Assembly: GCF_009914755.1 (NCBI RefSeq) | Contig: NC_060935.1 | Reading direction: 5' to 3' (one strand) | DNA: 64,000 bases | Origin: the human T2T-CHM13v2.0 reference genome, Homo sapiens | Shown: piece by piece, positions 1-20,543 of the stretch | How the letters are laid out: every line of letters starts with the position of its first letter | Position numbering within the stretch: position 1 is the first letter of the stretch | The notes under the pieces: model-generated | Databases searched by the model: none | What the model was told of the DNA's origin: nothing | The model's input: the letters and a program-made list of their open reading frames with translations, nothing else | Translations under genes and position numbers: made by a program

Positions 1-90
1 ACGTACAGTATTCAAGGCACTTTAAATGTATTAACTCAACCCTCAAAACAGTGCTGTGAGAAAAATACTACCATTATCCTGCCCCACCTC

Positions 91-375
<285 letters not shown>

Positions 376-584
376 CCATTATCCCTTTTTTATGATGAGG
401 AAATTGAGGCACAGATGTTGCCTGGGTTCATATAGCCAAGAAGAGACAGTAATAAATAATAGGTAATAATATGGAAAAAAATACACTATAATTCATGTGA
501 GAAAAACATGTTTATTTAGTCCTCAAATAAAAATAAATGTATGTTTATTTAGTCATCAAAATGCTTCTAAACAAACAACAAACA

Positions 585-869
585 GAGAGACAGAGTTTCA
601 ACTCTGTCACCCAGGCTGGAGTACAGTGGCATGATCTCCGCTCACTGCAACCTCCGTCCCCTGGGTTCAAGAGACTCTTCTGCCTCAGCCACCTGAGTAG
701 CTAGGATTACAGATGCCTGCCACCATGTCCAGCTAATTTTTGTATTTTTAGTAGAGACGGGGTTTCACCATGTTGGCCAGGCTGGTCTCGAACCCCTGAC
801 CTCAGGTGATCCAACCACCTCAGCCTTCCAAAGTGCTGGGATTACAGGCGTGAGCCACCATGCCCAACC
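585..869 (-). mobile_element. AluS
   Basis: Full dimeric Alu, reverse orientation. Confidence 0.9.
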
Positions 870-1629
870 TCTCTCTAATCTTAATAGAACCCCCCTGCAG
901 ATCCATTCCTCCTCTCCCACCGCCAGGGTCCACAGCCCACTCCCAACTGCCCACTCGCTGGCTCATCCGCGTCCTTATAAATTTGTATATGAACTATGTC
1001 TATGGACTCCAAATAGTTCTCCCACTACAACTTTCCCCCATTAATCTGTTCTACTCTTATTTGTGAAATTTAGCTTCCCATAGGCAGCTCGGATCACATT
1101 TTTCTTTTGCTGTAAAACCCTCCTTGATTCCCCACAAATTTTATGTAAGAAAAAATCTCCTTTAGACGGTATTTTATCCTTAAGGCATTTGAAACAACCA
1201 TAGACAAGGCTCTTCTTAGAATGATGGAAACTTAACATACAGAAGAAATTTAGAGGTCATCTAGATTGATTTCTTACCCACATATTTAAACTCACATTTT
1301 TAAAGCTCTATGCACAATGAATTGGTGGGGACAGAGAATAGAGGAGGTGGTCTTGATTTAACTTGGAAGACTAGATAGACTAAACTAACATCATAGATTT
1401 TGTTCAAACCCACATCACCTGGTACTGCTGAATTCACTTCCTCAACGTTACTTTGCTTTTAATCTCTCCTCCCTTCAAACTTTGTATCATGTCACACTAT
1501 CACAGTTATATTTCTAAGACCTAAACTTCTGTCATGCCTTTGAGAGCTTCCCATTCTTGCAAAATAAAGTCCATACTTGGCATTCAGATGGTGAAAACTC
1601 TTTGTTATCTAGTCTCAACGGAAATAGCT

Positions 1630-2150
1630 GGAGTGCAAACATGTCTCTAGTTCATGACCCCTCCCTGTAACCCCACCCTTTGTAATTTTACTTTGTAGCT
1701 CTTCCCATTAAGGGGTGGAGTCTATTTCCCCAATCTTTGAATTTAGGCTGTTCTTGTGACTTTCTTTGGTCAATAGAATGTGGTAGAAATGACAGAGTAC
1801 CAATTCCAAACCTAGGTCTAAAAAGGCCTTGTCCACGTCCACTCACGTTTGTGGAACCCTGCCACTGCCACGTGAGCAAGCCCACGCTAGTCTACTAAAT
1901 GATCAGAGACTCATGTCTCAGCCAACATCCAGCCAATCACCACATGTGTGGGTGAGGCCATCCGAGGCAAGCCAGCCCCCAGCCTATCCCCCAGGTCTCT
2001 TGAAATCATCTGGGCTGATTTCAAGCCCAGATGAAATCAGCCAAGTCTGGCAGAAACCCCCAGAGGGCTTGTATAAACAATAATACATACTTATTGTTTA
2101 CTCCACTTGACTTAGGGTGACTTGTCACACAGCAGTAGCTAAATAAGACA
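1630..2150 (+). mobile_element. MLT1F-like LTR
   Basis: ggtggagtctatttcccc...aatagaatgtggtagaaatgac, ending cacagcagtagctaaataagaca. Confidence 0.7.
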
Positions 2151-3121
2151 ACAACCGACCTTCCAGCTTCTCCTCCCACTTCCCACTTTGTACTCTGATT
2201 CTTACACCAAATTACTTGGTATTCCCTGAGTATCTCACAGTAATGTCTCAATGACTTTATTATGCTGCATCCTCTGCCTAGGAGGCCCTTTTCTCTTTCC
2301 TATCTTGTGAAAATCTACTTGTCATTCAATATCTAGCTGAAACATCATTCATTCATTCATTCATCAGATATGTATTGAGACAAGGCACTGAGGTCTCACA
2401 ACTGAGCAAAACAGCCTGTGCACTCAACCAGCTCACAGTTGAGGAAAAGGTAAATGAGTAAATAGTCAATGCCACTTCTTGCTTTCTCCAACTCCTGTAG
2501 GTAGAAGTCTTATTCCTTCGCACACACTTTCATTCCTCGATTATAGCACTTCTCACAGCGTGATGCCAGCCATAATAATAATAACTAACTTGGAAAGCTC
2601 TTATGGAGAGTAGATGAGATTATAGAGGCACAGCCTTTAGCATGGTGCCAGAAACATAGTAAGTGGAAAATAAATGTTAGCTGTTGATATTTTTAGTTAA
2701 CACACATGTTCATCTCCCCTGCCTGACTGCATATAAGCTTCTTGAGAACAGGAACTGAGCCAAATTCAACTTTGTGTCTGAAGTGCCTAAAGAGAATATG
2801 TGCCTGGCACATAATAAACACTCATTAGATGTTTGTTGAGCAAACATCACCAGAAGTGTAAGAATTGAGCAAAGGCCCAATAATCGCAGAGCTGCTCAGT
2901 GGCCCTGGGACTCTTGGATTATACTGGGGCGCCCTCTGCTGTGTATATGTTGGGTATAAAGTGAAACTTTTAAGGAAGCCCACGGGAAAGTTTCCAGAAA
3001 GGCTCATTCCGGGCAAAGGTTTCTCAACTTGAGGGGTACTACACCTTGCCCCAGTTCTACACCTGGGGTCAGTTTATTTTATCGCTGAAACCACCTATGT
3101 TATTTATGGGGTTTTTCTTGT

Positions 3122-3670
<549 letters not shown>

Positions 3671-4249
3671 TTATTTGTTATTTGAAGGAACAAAATGTTT
3701 TGGCTTAGATTCTGTTTCTTATTTAGGTCACAAATAAACCCTTCAGAAGAAATAAAGTAATAATAAAATAAAGAGATGGTGGAATAGATGAAAAGATAGA
3801 TCATCTGACTCTGTTCCCTGCCACGTTTGGAATCCTGTTGAGAAGAGAGAGAAGAAGCAACTACATACGGGGGACATATCCATCACTTGAGATTCTAGCT
3901 GACGACGTCCGAATATATCTCAACTCACAAAGTAAACGCCAGATCATATGCCATGATGACTTAATCATGTTACTATAAAGAAAATATTTAAACAGGAGAG
4001 ATTTTAAAAATTGCAATTCATCTTGTGACAAATTACTTAAAATAATATATTTGCCTGGAAAGAACACATCTAATTTATATATTAGCAGACACTGTTGTGC
4101 ACCGTGGTGAGAAGGGATATGTAAGTGGGATGATGACTTTTCCTTTCTGTAAAGAGGTTTCTATTTTTACTTTAAAGAAAACATGTTCAAAGAAAGTTGC
4201 TCTGAATAACTTAAATTACAGCGCTCCATAGACACTGGCACTATGCCTG

Positions 4250-8730
<4,481 letters not shown>

Positions 8731-10565
8731 GGAAGAGCCAGCCTTGTTTACTTGCTAGCATTTCATCTCTATAGCATCAGCTATTTCGACTCTTCCCAGT
8801 CAGAAAAAAGGAATGACAAAGATGCTTCTGTTCACATTTTTAAACAAGAAGGTATTGATATATATTTTTTGTTTTAAAAGTATTTTTTAAAAGGAAATGA
8901 GAAAGCAATGAATGAGAAAGAGAAAGATGAAAAAGAATACTAACATTTTAGTTAAAAGATGAGAATCATTGTCTTGTTTTGTCTTCTCTCAACCAACCCC
9001 CTACTCCCAATACACACACATGCACCGGTCAGTGTTTAGGACTTGGTGGGGGGCAATAAACTCTCAAAAGCTTATCTTATACAGAAGTTGGGGTTCCATA
9101 GTATTAGCCCAATGTAACCTAAAAATTATGTTTAAATGTTATCATTTACCTAGATTCTACTATGTTTTGTACTTTGTGTGTATTTTTATATTCACCATTT
9201 CTACTTCTTCCATTACTTTCTGAGATAGGTAGCATTATTTCTATATTTAGATGAGAAAAGTGTGGCTCATGGAGTTTAATTTACTTGTGTTAGGTCAAAC
9301 ACTAATAAGTGGCTTGCTCAGGATTAATTAATTGTTGCCAAAGTCCATCTTTTTCCACTATGCCCTATTGCCTCTGTTCTGAGGAAGAAGCTATGGAAAG
9401 AATTCCTTTGGCAACTCTCAGAGAATAGGATACGTGTCACTAGGAAGATTTTCTAGCCAAGATCTTGGTGCCTGTGATGACTCATGTTTAGATCATGTTC
9501 CTTGAGAGTAGGGAAAGATAGGAAAGATATCTGTAAGCAGCTGGTTTTAGCATCTGAGAGTTGTAAATAAAGTTCTTAAGGAAACCATCCAATGATATTA
9601 CATTGTAGGGAAACTTAGAGGTCATAGAAGCACTTATTCCTCTCCACAGCTAAAATTTCAACCCTTGCTGATATTTCCTTTCCACTTCCAGCCTTAATGA
9701 TGGCTAAAGTGTCTATCACTAAACAGACATTAGAAAGATTCTGAGAGATTCAGAAGGCTTCTGATTCCAGCACCCCTGAGCCCACCCTTTTTCAAGTAAC
9801 TGCACTACTAGAAGCTGAATCTTTAGTAAAAAAATACCTGGATATCCAGCCAGGACAAGTGTCAATACATTTTCCAGCCTATAAAAGAGAAACCTGGTCA
9901 TGGGTAGCCACACAATTAAACACTTCCAATTATATATGTGTGGAATGGGATACAGTCTTTGGGCCACAGACAAAAGGAACCATATTTTGCTTTTTTTTCC
10001 CCCACCCGAGAGCTGTGAAGACAGATTCCATAAAGAAATCCAATTTAATAGAGTTGCCACTTGGAAACACATTGGTCTAAACATCAGGGGATCTGGCTTG
10101 TCACCCCAGCATTGCCACGAACAAAACATGGGTAGTTGTGTAACTTCTCTAACCCTGTCCCCCACCCCTATAAAATCTCACTGTTGAACCTAGTATCTTT
10201 GAAATCTCCTCTAGCTGGAACAGTCTGGAAACCTTATTGGAGGTCTGGTAGGAGACAATTACTCCCTGTGCTTGAAATTAAGCCCACATATTGTGGAGGT
10301 ATCTCTCCTACTCTCTATTGAAACTTGTGCCTACATCATGTAGTCTAGTTTAAGTACCACTGGGTGATGTCCAGTGTGAAGCATTCATTTAAAAAGGCTC
10401 CACGCTTTCTATAAGACAAAAAGTTCTACCACATTAAAAGAGGCAGCGATAGACCTCACTCTTTCTCTTCTTTTCCCCTCGATTTCTTCATCAACCTCAA
10501 TAACACAAATATGGCTACAGAGACCTTGATCTCAAGTATTTTATAGTCATAGAACAGTAAGATTA

Positions 10566-11005
10566 GGCTGGGCACAGTGGCTCATGCCTGTAATCCCAGC
10601 ACTTTGGAATGCTGAGGAGGGCAGATCACTTGAGCTCAGGAATTTAAGATCAGCCTGGGAAACATGGCGAAACCCCATCTCTACAAAAATTACAAAAATT
10701 AGCTGAGTCTGGTGGCACACGCCTGTCGTCCCAGCTACTCTGGAGGCTGAGGTGGAAGGATCACTTGAGCGCAGGAGGTCAAGGTTGCAGTGAGCCATGA
10801 TCATGCCACTGCACTCCAGCCTGGGTGACAAAGTGACCCTGTCTCAAAAAAACCCAAAAAACTAAAAGTTATGAAGTAGTTAGGTGTGGTGGTGTGTAAC
10901 TATAGTCCCAGCTACTCAGGAGGCTGAGGCAGGAGAACAGCTCAAGCCCAGGAGTTTGAATCCAGCCTAGCCAACATAGCAAAACCCTGTCTCTTAAAAA
11001 AAAAA
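10566..11005 (+). mobile_element. AluJ followed by a FLAM monomer (10880-11005)
   Basis: Alu sequence; FLAM TSD aaaagttatgaa. Confidence 0.85.
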
Positions 11006-11262
11006 AGTTATGAAATATGACCAAGAAGTTTTTATTAATGAAAGAGGTCGGTGTTGATGATGAAAGAATGATTTCATAAACATGGCTAGAATCTAATATC
11101 ACTTAGCCAAAGAGCCCTGATAGCTTCAAGGAAACTCCAGCCAAACAAAATTTGAATAAATTTGTCTCTTCCCAGAAAATATAAGACACTATAATGAAGG
11201 GTTATAATAATTTACAATTAAATAGTATTGTAACTTAGAACAACTCATATTTCAAGGCTGAG

Positions 11263-11582
11263 TTTTTGTTTTGTTTTGTTTTGTTTTTTGTTTCTGTTTT
11301 GTTTGAGACAGAGTCTCGCTCTGTCGCCAAGCTGGCGTGCAGTGGCACAATCTCAGCTCACTGCAACCTCCGCCTCCCGCGGGTTCAAGCAATTCCCCAG
11401 CTTCAGCCTCCCGAGTACCTGGGACTACAGCTGCGCACCACCACACCCAGCTAATTTTTTGTATTTCAGTAAAGATGGGGTTTCACTATGTTGGACAGGA
11501 TGGTCTCGATCTGACCTTGTGATCCACCCGCCTCGGCCTCCCAAAGTGCTGGCATTACACACATGAGCCACCGCACCCGGCT
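11263..11582 (-). mobile_element. AluS
   Basis: Full Alu with a (TTTTG)n tail. Confidence 0.9.
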
Positions 11583-12144
11583 GGTTGAGTTCTTTTTTGA
11601 TTGGCACCCAGATTAACAACAACAACAACAACAAAAAACTCTTCTGGTATGTCTTTTTCAAATCATCATAAATAATATTCAAAAGAACATTAGCCAGCTT
11701 TGAAGTGCAAATCAAAAATGATGCTTATCTAAATATATGTCCTGCTGTCAGGTAATAATACGTCATTTTCTACCAGCAGAGATATACCTTCATTCTTATC
11801 TCCACAGATAAGTGTCCATGTGGTTTGTACAGCTAGGTCTGAAGAATTGGGCTTGCTTTACCTTTTCACTGCAGATAAAAAGGATGTCCTTTGATTTCAG
11901 AGAATTAATTGCAGATTAAATACAGCCTCAGCTGAAAGTTCACATCAGCCATTGTGGCATCAGAATAAACATATCTATGACACTGAAAATACTAGGAAAA
12001 GATGAAAAAGACAAGATGAAACCACATACAGAGGTCTTCAAGGGAAATACATTTATTTCACTATGTACATCTTTCTCAGGAGCAGAATGCTGTATGGCTC
12101 AGAGACTAATCATTAGTCGTATTACATGTCTGAGATGTGCCCTT

Positions 12145-12608
<464 letters not shown>

Positions 12609-13917
12609 GTGTCATTCAAAATGAACTGGTCTGAAACCATGCTTAAAGCCAGTGACATATGGTATAATTCAAAATGTGTCTCAGGTTGGCAGTCTCTCAA
12701 ATTGCATGTGACTGTCTCTCATTTCCAAAATCAAGATAGTATGATGCATGAGATCAAATCCAATCTTCCAAGTTCGGCTTCCCACTGATTCTGCTGGTCT
12801 GCAATATGAATGTGACCCCAGTCATTCTGACAGGATGGGGTAGGGATGGAAATGGTGACTTACAAAAAGGGCCTTGCAATGTTGCCAATGGAGCTCTTTC
12901 ACTCACAGAGACATCTCAAAATTGATTGCGAGACGCTATGAATGCCTTGTCATTCTGAATGAATGGAAAGCTCAGTGTGGATGTGGCAAACAACAGGAGC
13001 TGCTTTCGTGTTGAATCGTCAAATAATCACCATAAAACCTCTGGGCATCTGAAAAGCTTGCCATTGTGAAGTCGAATTAGCTTAGGACTTGGCAGGGTGT
13101 TTGTGATGTGGGTGGTGGGTATCACCATGCATGTCATCATTGTAGACACAGCATGTGTTGAAAATAGACTTCTTTCTCCATGTCCTTTTTGAAGCAGTGT
13201 CAGAGGAATATAAAATGAGTATGTTGTTGGAAGAGAGACAGCTCACAGTTGGATCTGGATCAGGCAGTATTGGCTGGAACCTGTGAACACTGCCCCGAGA
13301 CAGATATCTTATCATGCAGACCCTGGCTGGAATTGCTGCTGTTGAGAAAACTCATTTTTTACTTACTTTCCCAGAGAGAAAGTCACAAGATTCGGAATTT
13401 TTTAAGTCTGAGGTCTAAAGTAGAGACTGTTTTATGCTGATTTTTAATCCTTGGGTGTAATCTGACTGCCCGGAAAAGTGAAAGCCAAAAGGAGACATAA
13501 TTTGGAAACACCTATTGATGTTTAATATCTGTAAAGCCATTAAAATTGGAATGACAGTTCCAGCATCTTCATTGAAAATATGTCAAAATAGAACTCTTGC
13601 ATACAAGTTAATACACTATATAACTTCAGGTTTAAAAAATAACTTTTATTAAGTGGCATCGTAGACAGGGTTTGAATCTCCAAGTACAACAGGGCAAACT
13701 TGTTTGGGAGAGAATAAAGACCCAGTGTGGGAACAGACTAGGAATGGGGGTAAAGGGTGCAAGGAAAGCTTTTCCTGGAGAGATGGGAAGATAAAGAATG
13801 TACTTTTGCAGTTCAAAGGGATGGGGGTAAGAATTTTGCAACCTCTCCGGAAAAGTGGAATTTTGTGAACTTCTCAGTCCAACCAGAGCCCAAGTTCTTG
13901 AAAACAGTAGAAATGCA

Positions 13918-14410
<493 letters not shown>

Positions 14411-14642
14411 GTATTTTGAGTATTGTAATTCAAGTAGTTCTTGCATTTTGAGAAATACATTGTATTCTTCATGAGCAAAGGGATTCTACAATTCAGTATC
14501 CCTATCCCTTTCCCCTGCTAAAGAAAGAAAAAAAGAAGCCACAACTTTCTCAAAGTGTTTTATTATCCTCTTAGAAGAAATAGTGTTGAAATAGCAGCAG
14601 CAGCAACCACCACCCCACCACCAATCCTTGATGCTTTCTTTA

Positions 14643-14975
<333 letters not shown>

Positions 14976-15688
14976 CTAACACTTCTTTTTAAAAGTGAGG
15001 CTATGTATCAAATATCGTACTTTGCTTATGTTATAACAAGATTAACTACCATTTATTGAGCATTTGCTAATGCCAGGCATTGTGCTAAGCACTTTGAAAA
15101 TATCACCTAACTTAACACAGTGATCCTGCAAAAAAGGTATTATTCTCTATTTTTTTAATTGATACATAATAGTTGTTCATACTTACTGTTATCTTCTACT
15201 TTTATAGCTAGGGAAATTGAGGTTCACAAAAGTTCAGTAACTTATCTGGGATCACGTATTAGTAAGCAAAATATAGCCTGTGAATCCAAAGACCATGCTT
15301 TTTTCCAGTGCTTTATTTTAAAATGATCTAATGGGTGGGAGATGACAATTACCATGTGACAAATTCCTGCAAGTGTGTGTAACCAGCTAATGCTGTAGAT
15401 GGAGCTGTCATTTCCACTTAATCCCCACGTATAAAACTGACACACTGAAAACAGCTAATCAACCATCAATACTCCTCTCTCTTATTATCTACTGCTCAGT
15501 TGACTGACAAAGACGAGGTGATTTCAGGGCTTGTTTCAAAGTCCTGGGAAACACAGAATTGTGTAAGTTGCCAACCATGTATGATTGAGCCGCAGCGATT
15601 GAGGCATTTACCTGGAGGCTTCTGACATACACATATTTTGGCTCTTTCAGCCCAGAATAAGGAAAGGTGCTTGTGCCCTAGAGTGATG

Positions 15689-15752
15689 CAGAAGGGCAAC
15701 CGTGGTGACTGGGAAGAGCCCAGAAGGGCAACCGTGGTGACTGGGAAGAGCC
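15689..15752. repeat. Perfect 32-bp tandem duplication
   Basis: cagaagggcaaccgtggtgactgggaagagcc x2 (15689-15720 and 15721-15752). Confidence 0.95.
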
Positions 15753-18700
15753 AGCTCTCAGAATTGGAGAGAACTGGGTTTGCCTCTCAGCTTTGTGTTT
15801 TATGCTTGGCCACTTGTCCTTTCTGAGCCTCAGGCTTCTCACTTTTAAGGTACAAATGAAGATAAATACTTCACAATATAAAAGGGAATTGAGTAAAATA
15901 GAACACATAAAAGTGCCTCACATACAGGAGGCATGTAGTAAAGTTTGTTTAAATATGGTGTGTGTACATGAAGTTTGACCTTAACTTTCTACAGTTTGAA
16001 AAGTGGAAATTTCTCTGGTTTCACCCTGTTTGTAGACGAACTCATAAACATGCTCAACACATTGGGCTTTGATGAGTAATTCATAAACATTGTCAACTTG
16101 TTCAGGGTGGCGATAGAGACAGATCAAAAGAAGCAAGCATCATGAATTTTTCATAAAGAGCAAACTGCCTTTGGAACAACTGTTTCAACTGCCTAAAGTT
16201 TAAAAAGAAGTTTGGTTCTCTCATTAACCTAATAGAACTTTAGAACTGGAACTTTTTATGCCTCCTTTTTATTATACTGTGGTGAACACAGATCATGAAC
16301 CTAGTCATAGAAATAGGTACATGTCTATTCCAAAAGTTTTTACATCTAGCCAAATAGTCACTGACATGTTCAACAGATACTTATCTAGTGATTATGACGG
16401 ACCAGCTAGAAACTAAAATTAAACATTGAAGACAGTCCCCATAAACAAGAATTGCACATGGGAGAGACAAACAAACCAATACAATGTGATAAATGCTATG
16501 AGAGTTTAGGCATGAGGCCCAGAGAAGGAAATTATCTGGGGATAACTTTTGGGGTAATAACACTTAATGGCAAAGAGAATAGCTATGCAAGGACCCCACA
16601 GTAGAAGACAGCATAGCATGATTGAAAACCACAAATAGTAGGAAATGGTTGGAAATGAGAGTGGAGGTAGGGCGTGGGGGACAGGTAAACAGAGGAGAGG
16701 CTACAGGTAGACCTGGATCCGCTAAGAAGGGTCTTCTGTGCCAAAGTTTTAAAAAACATTCTGAAAACAGGAAATGATAAACTAGATCTACTGAAAGAAT
16801 GATAGATAACATATTCAGAGGAAAAGGGAACAGAACCAGTTTAATTTGTCACTAACTACTTTCCGGGGGTACTCTAGGCATTCAGGACAGGATTCTGGGT
16901 AATGAGATTTCAAGGTGGTAACAGACATACCCAGCCTGCTAAGGAAAGGTCCAGGGATGCCATCTAGAAATGGCATTGATTATGCACCAAAATGCCTGTG
17001 GGGCAGGCAAGAATGGTAGAAAGACTGTGTTCCAGTGAAGCAAAAGCGACAGCAAAATGATAAAGGAATAGTAAAAGTAAAGAAAGGGCTGTCCCCTTGA
17101 GATGCCCTAAATTAAATTAGAGAACAATGGAAGCACTACCATTTTGTGACCATTTTTGCACACCCCATGTGGGTCCATGAAGCAAAGATGGAAATGTGAT
17201 TATGGATGCTGATCAGGTTGGCGTATCTTGAGTCTCTTTTCTTAGAGCCACGGCTTGGGACATGAATTATCTGGATAATTTCTTATGCCTTATGGAGCCA
17301 ACTATATGGCAGCCCCAGGAAGAGGAGTTGGGGACCAGTTATGGTGTTGAGACTGCCAGAAATGAATAAAAAGTATGTGTATTTCAGTGTAAGAGAATAG
17401 TTAGATAAAAACAAGAAGGTCCAAAGGATGTACACCTTAGTAGTGAGTTTAGAGAAGACTGGAAGGAAAGTCTAAGTTAGCACTGAAAGATGCCTTTTTA
17501 AAAAAAATCAGATGGTTGGTTGGTTGGTATGGTAAAGTGGGCAGCTCAATGCCAATACAGGCTGGAATCTTGGAATCCCAGGACTTATGGCAAGAAGAGG
17601 AGAACATCACCCAACAGAGAACTGCTCAATGGGGTGAGATGGTAAACGGGAAGAGCCAGTCTGGCTGCTGTGGACACAAGTGATAGGACAGCCCTAGGCC
17701 AGTGTCTAAGTTATATGTAAGCACAGACATGACTCAAACAACTGTTGGTGGCAAAGGGCCCCCTCAGTGCATAAGGCATGCCAGCAAGAATCTCAGAAAT
17801 GATTCAACTTGGAAGTCAGAGCAACGTGACAGAATTGTGAGATCTGCTCTTATGTGGCATGACTACTGCCAGTGGCTGGAGAGATGCTGTGTGCTTCAAC
17901 TACACCTAAATTCGCCATCCTCTCTAGCTTTTGGTTTTTCATTCCTGCTATTCCTTCTGCCTGGAATCTCCTTCAACAGCACCTTATCCTTATCTTGTCA
18001 AAGAACTTTTCACACCATTATAACTACCCATTTAACATATCTGTCTACCCCACTAAATGGTATGCTCCATGAGAATGGGGCTTGGCTTTCTCGCCATTTT
18101 ATCTCCAGTGTCTAGTAAATGCCCAGCACTTAGTTTCATAATAAGTACTTGTTGAATGAATGAATGAATGCAAGAGAAAAAAGCCAGAGTAGGATCAAGT
18201 CTATGAGCTGGAACTTCAGTTAATAACTAGGATTCAGTGCTCTGGTTCTAGAGAACTAGCATCTTGTTTGGGATAATCAGGCAGCGTTTCAGTGGATGGA
18301 GCCAACATTGAGGGACGCAGAGTTCTGTGATGAATCAGGGTACTTGAGGTCATAGGGAAGTTTGTACATAAAGGAGACTTATGAGTCAGACTGGGATTTA
18401 GCCATAATGACTAGGACTCCTGAATGTGAAAGACATTACATAATTCCTAGCCCCACCACTAAAGTTGTTAATGGATATCCTATACCTGCAAAGATTGCTC
18501 ACAATGTGGTCTAAAAATGGGCCCTCTCAGTAGATTCAGTCACAGGAAGTTAGAGAAAGAAAGGAGTGAGGATTAACAGGCAAAAAGAAATGACATAGAG
18601 TACTGCAATTGTTACCTTGATCGAAACAGGCTGATATTTTAGAATACTAAAGAATGTGAGGGTAAAACCTAAAGCATAATCCAATGGTTTGGAGATCTAT

Positions 18701-18970
18701 AACAAAGCATGATTTGTACTCAGTTCCCCATAGAGGTTAAGATGATCCTTTTCTCATTGTGGCTTCCCCACTCACATCTGTTTAGTGAAGTCTCTGATCC
18801 TCAGTTCCCAAATCTGCTAAATGGCATGAGTTATGGAAAGTGCCCAGAACAGGGCTTCATATACGGTAGACTCAATAAATGGTACCTGTTGTCAGTGTTG
18901 GCACCATCACTCAGATTTCTGTGAAAGGCCAGATGGTCCAACATCTGAAGGGAATGTTGTGGCTCTCCCC

Positions 18971-18971
<1 letters not shown>

Positions 18972-19011
<40 letters not shown>
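18972..19011. repeat. (CA)~20 microsatellite
   Basis: Direct reading; ~1.5 kb downstream of the SLN 3' end. Confidence 0.95.
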
Positions 19012-19013
<2 letters not shown>

Positions 19014-19254
19014 TCTCAAACACATACACAAACAGTAGGTTTTCTGCAAATAGGGGAAAGACGGCTAACCGTCTACTGAGGGCCCTAGAGCCACAAGTCT
19101 GTGAGTACATATGCTGCCTACTAAATCATTAGCAGTTGCACATCCATATGTGTAGTCTAACTGAAGTTAGGGACAACGCATTGAGGACTATATGCTGCTA
19201 TTTCCCAATTTGGAGAGGAACCTCTCAAAATATAACATTTTTTCTTTAGCTATT

Positions 19255-19785
19255 TGAGGATTCTTAATCCTGGCTGCACATTAGTGTCACCTGGACTTCT
19301 TCGAAAAAAAGAATAACATTCAGGTTCACCCAAGGCCGAATAAATTAGAAATGGCTAGGAATGGGGCTCAAGCTTGCGTGGTTTTGCTAAGGGTCCCCCC
19401 AAGTGATTCTAATATGTTAATCCAAGGGTAGCAGTCTGGAAGGGCAGCACTGGCATCACTTAGGAGCTTGTCCAAAATGTAGGCTCTCAGGCCCCACCCC
19501 AGACTGAATCAGAATTAGAATGGAATTAGAATCTGCGTTTAAATGAGACTTCCCAGTAATTCACAATCACATCAAATTTTGAGAAGCAAGGGTTGGTATC
19601 AGTGATTCTCAATTCTGGCTACACAGTGTAATCATCTAGAAGATATTTTAAAAAGATAGATACTTGGGCTCTATCCCCTGGGATTTTTATTTAATTGGTC
19701 TGAGAAGGACCCAGCCTCAGTATTTTGAAAAATCACCCCTGGGATAATTGACTTTCTTTGAATGCAGCCAAAGGTTAAGAACTAT
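19255..19785. mobile_element. Cluster of three MER5-family (hAT-Charlie) elements
   Basis: Repeated MER5 motifs (ttcttaatcctggctgcacattag...cacctgg; cagcactggcatcacttaggagcttg...gaatctgc; agtgattctcaattctggctacac...ggttaagaac). Confidence 0.7.
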
Positions 19786-20537
19786 AATGTGATGTAGTCA
19801 ATGCCTCAATGACAGGTCAAATTCTTGGCAAGAAATGCCTTCATGAAGGCGGCTATGTAAGATGAGGTTTAACAACATTCCCTTTCTCCGTGGTTACCTC
19901 AGCACAAATAGCAAATTTGTTCTGTCTAACATGGGGTGTTCAGGCAACACGTTTAAGAAACATCTATTTTATATGTCTTTTATAAACATATAAGTTTGCA
20001 TTTTCTATTTTCCTCCTTTTAGAACTGTAGTTGATTAAAGACTAGCTCCATTTGTGTAATAACAATAATCAAAATAGACTATGCTACTCTTAGGGACATG
20101 ACTCATGTTCTTGTGTTACTTAGTGTAAATAATTTTAAATATTTATATGAAAACAAACATGAAGATATTATAAGATAGAAAATACATTTCTTGTGGATTC
20201 TAAAGATAAAACACAAGACTTCAAAGAAATGTTGCACTTTTAGCCAGCAATTCAGCCTGTGCTTCAGACCCCGTAGTGGAATGGATTTATTCTCCCTCTG
20301 CCCTTCAGACTAGTTTAGGGGAAAAGTTTGAGGAGCGCTGAACCAATGGAATTACTTGAAATATGACACAGTGTGTTGACTTGGTTTCAAATCTTCAGCA
20401 GTTGGAGCATCTTGGCTTACCTCAAATGCTAGAAATACGGTAGCACTTGTCACTCCAATCCCAGCCAAGGGTCAAATGCTCTGTCACACATGGAAGCTAA
20501 AATAAGTTCTAGAAGTTGTTTTTGAAGTTGACTTAAC

Positions 20538-20543
20538 TTTATT
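20538..20543 (-). terminator. SLN polyadenylation signal AATAAA
   Basis: Plus-strand tttatt, ~430 nt downstream of the stop; yields a ~0.7-kb mRNA. Confidence 0.85.

Noticed and set aside
4125-4210. Possible C/D-box snoRNA (ATGATGA ~4130, CTGA 4202-4205)
   Set aside because: No terminal stem, no recognisable rRNA/snRNA guide and no host intron; these motifs are frequent by chance.
16850-18530. Possible MaLR internal (MLT1-int) remnants
   Set aside because: Too degenerate to assign or bound by eye.
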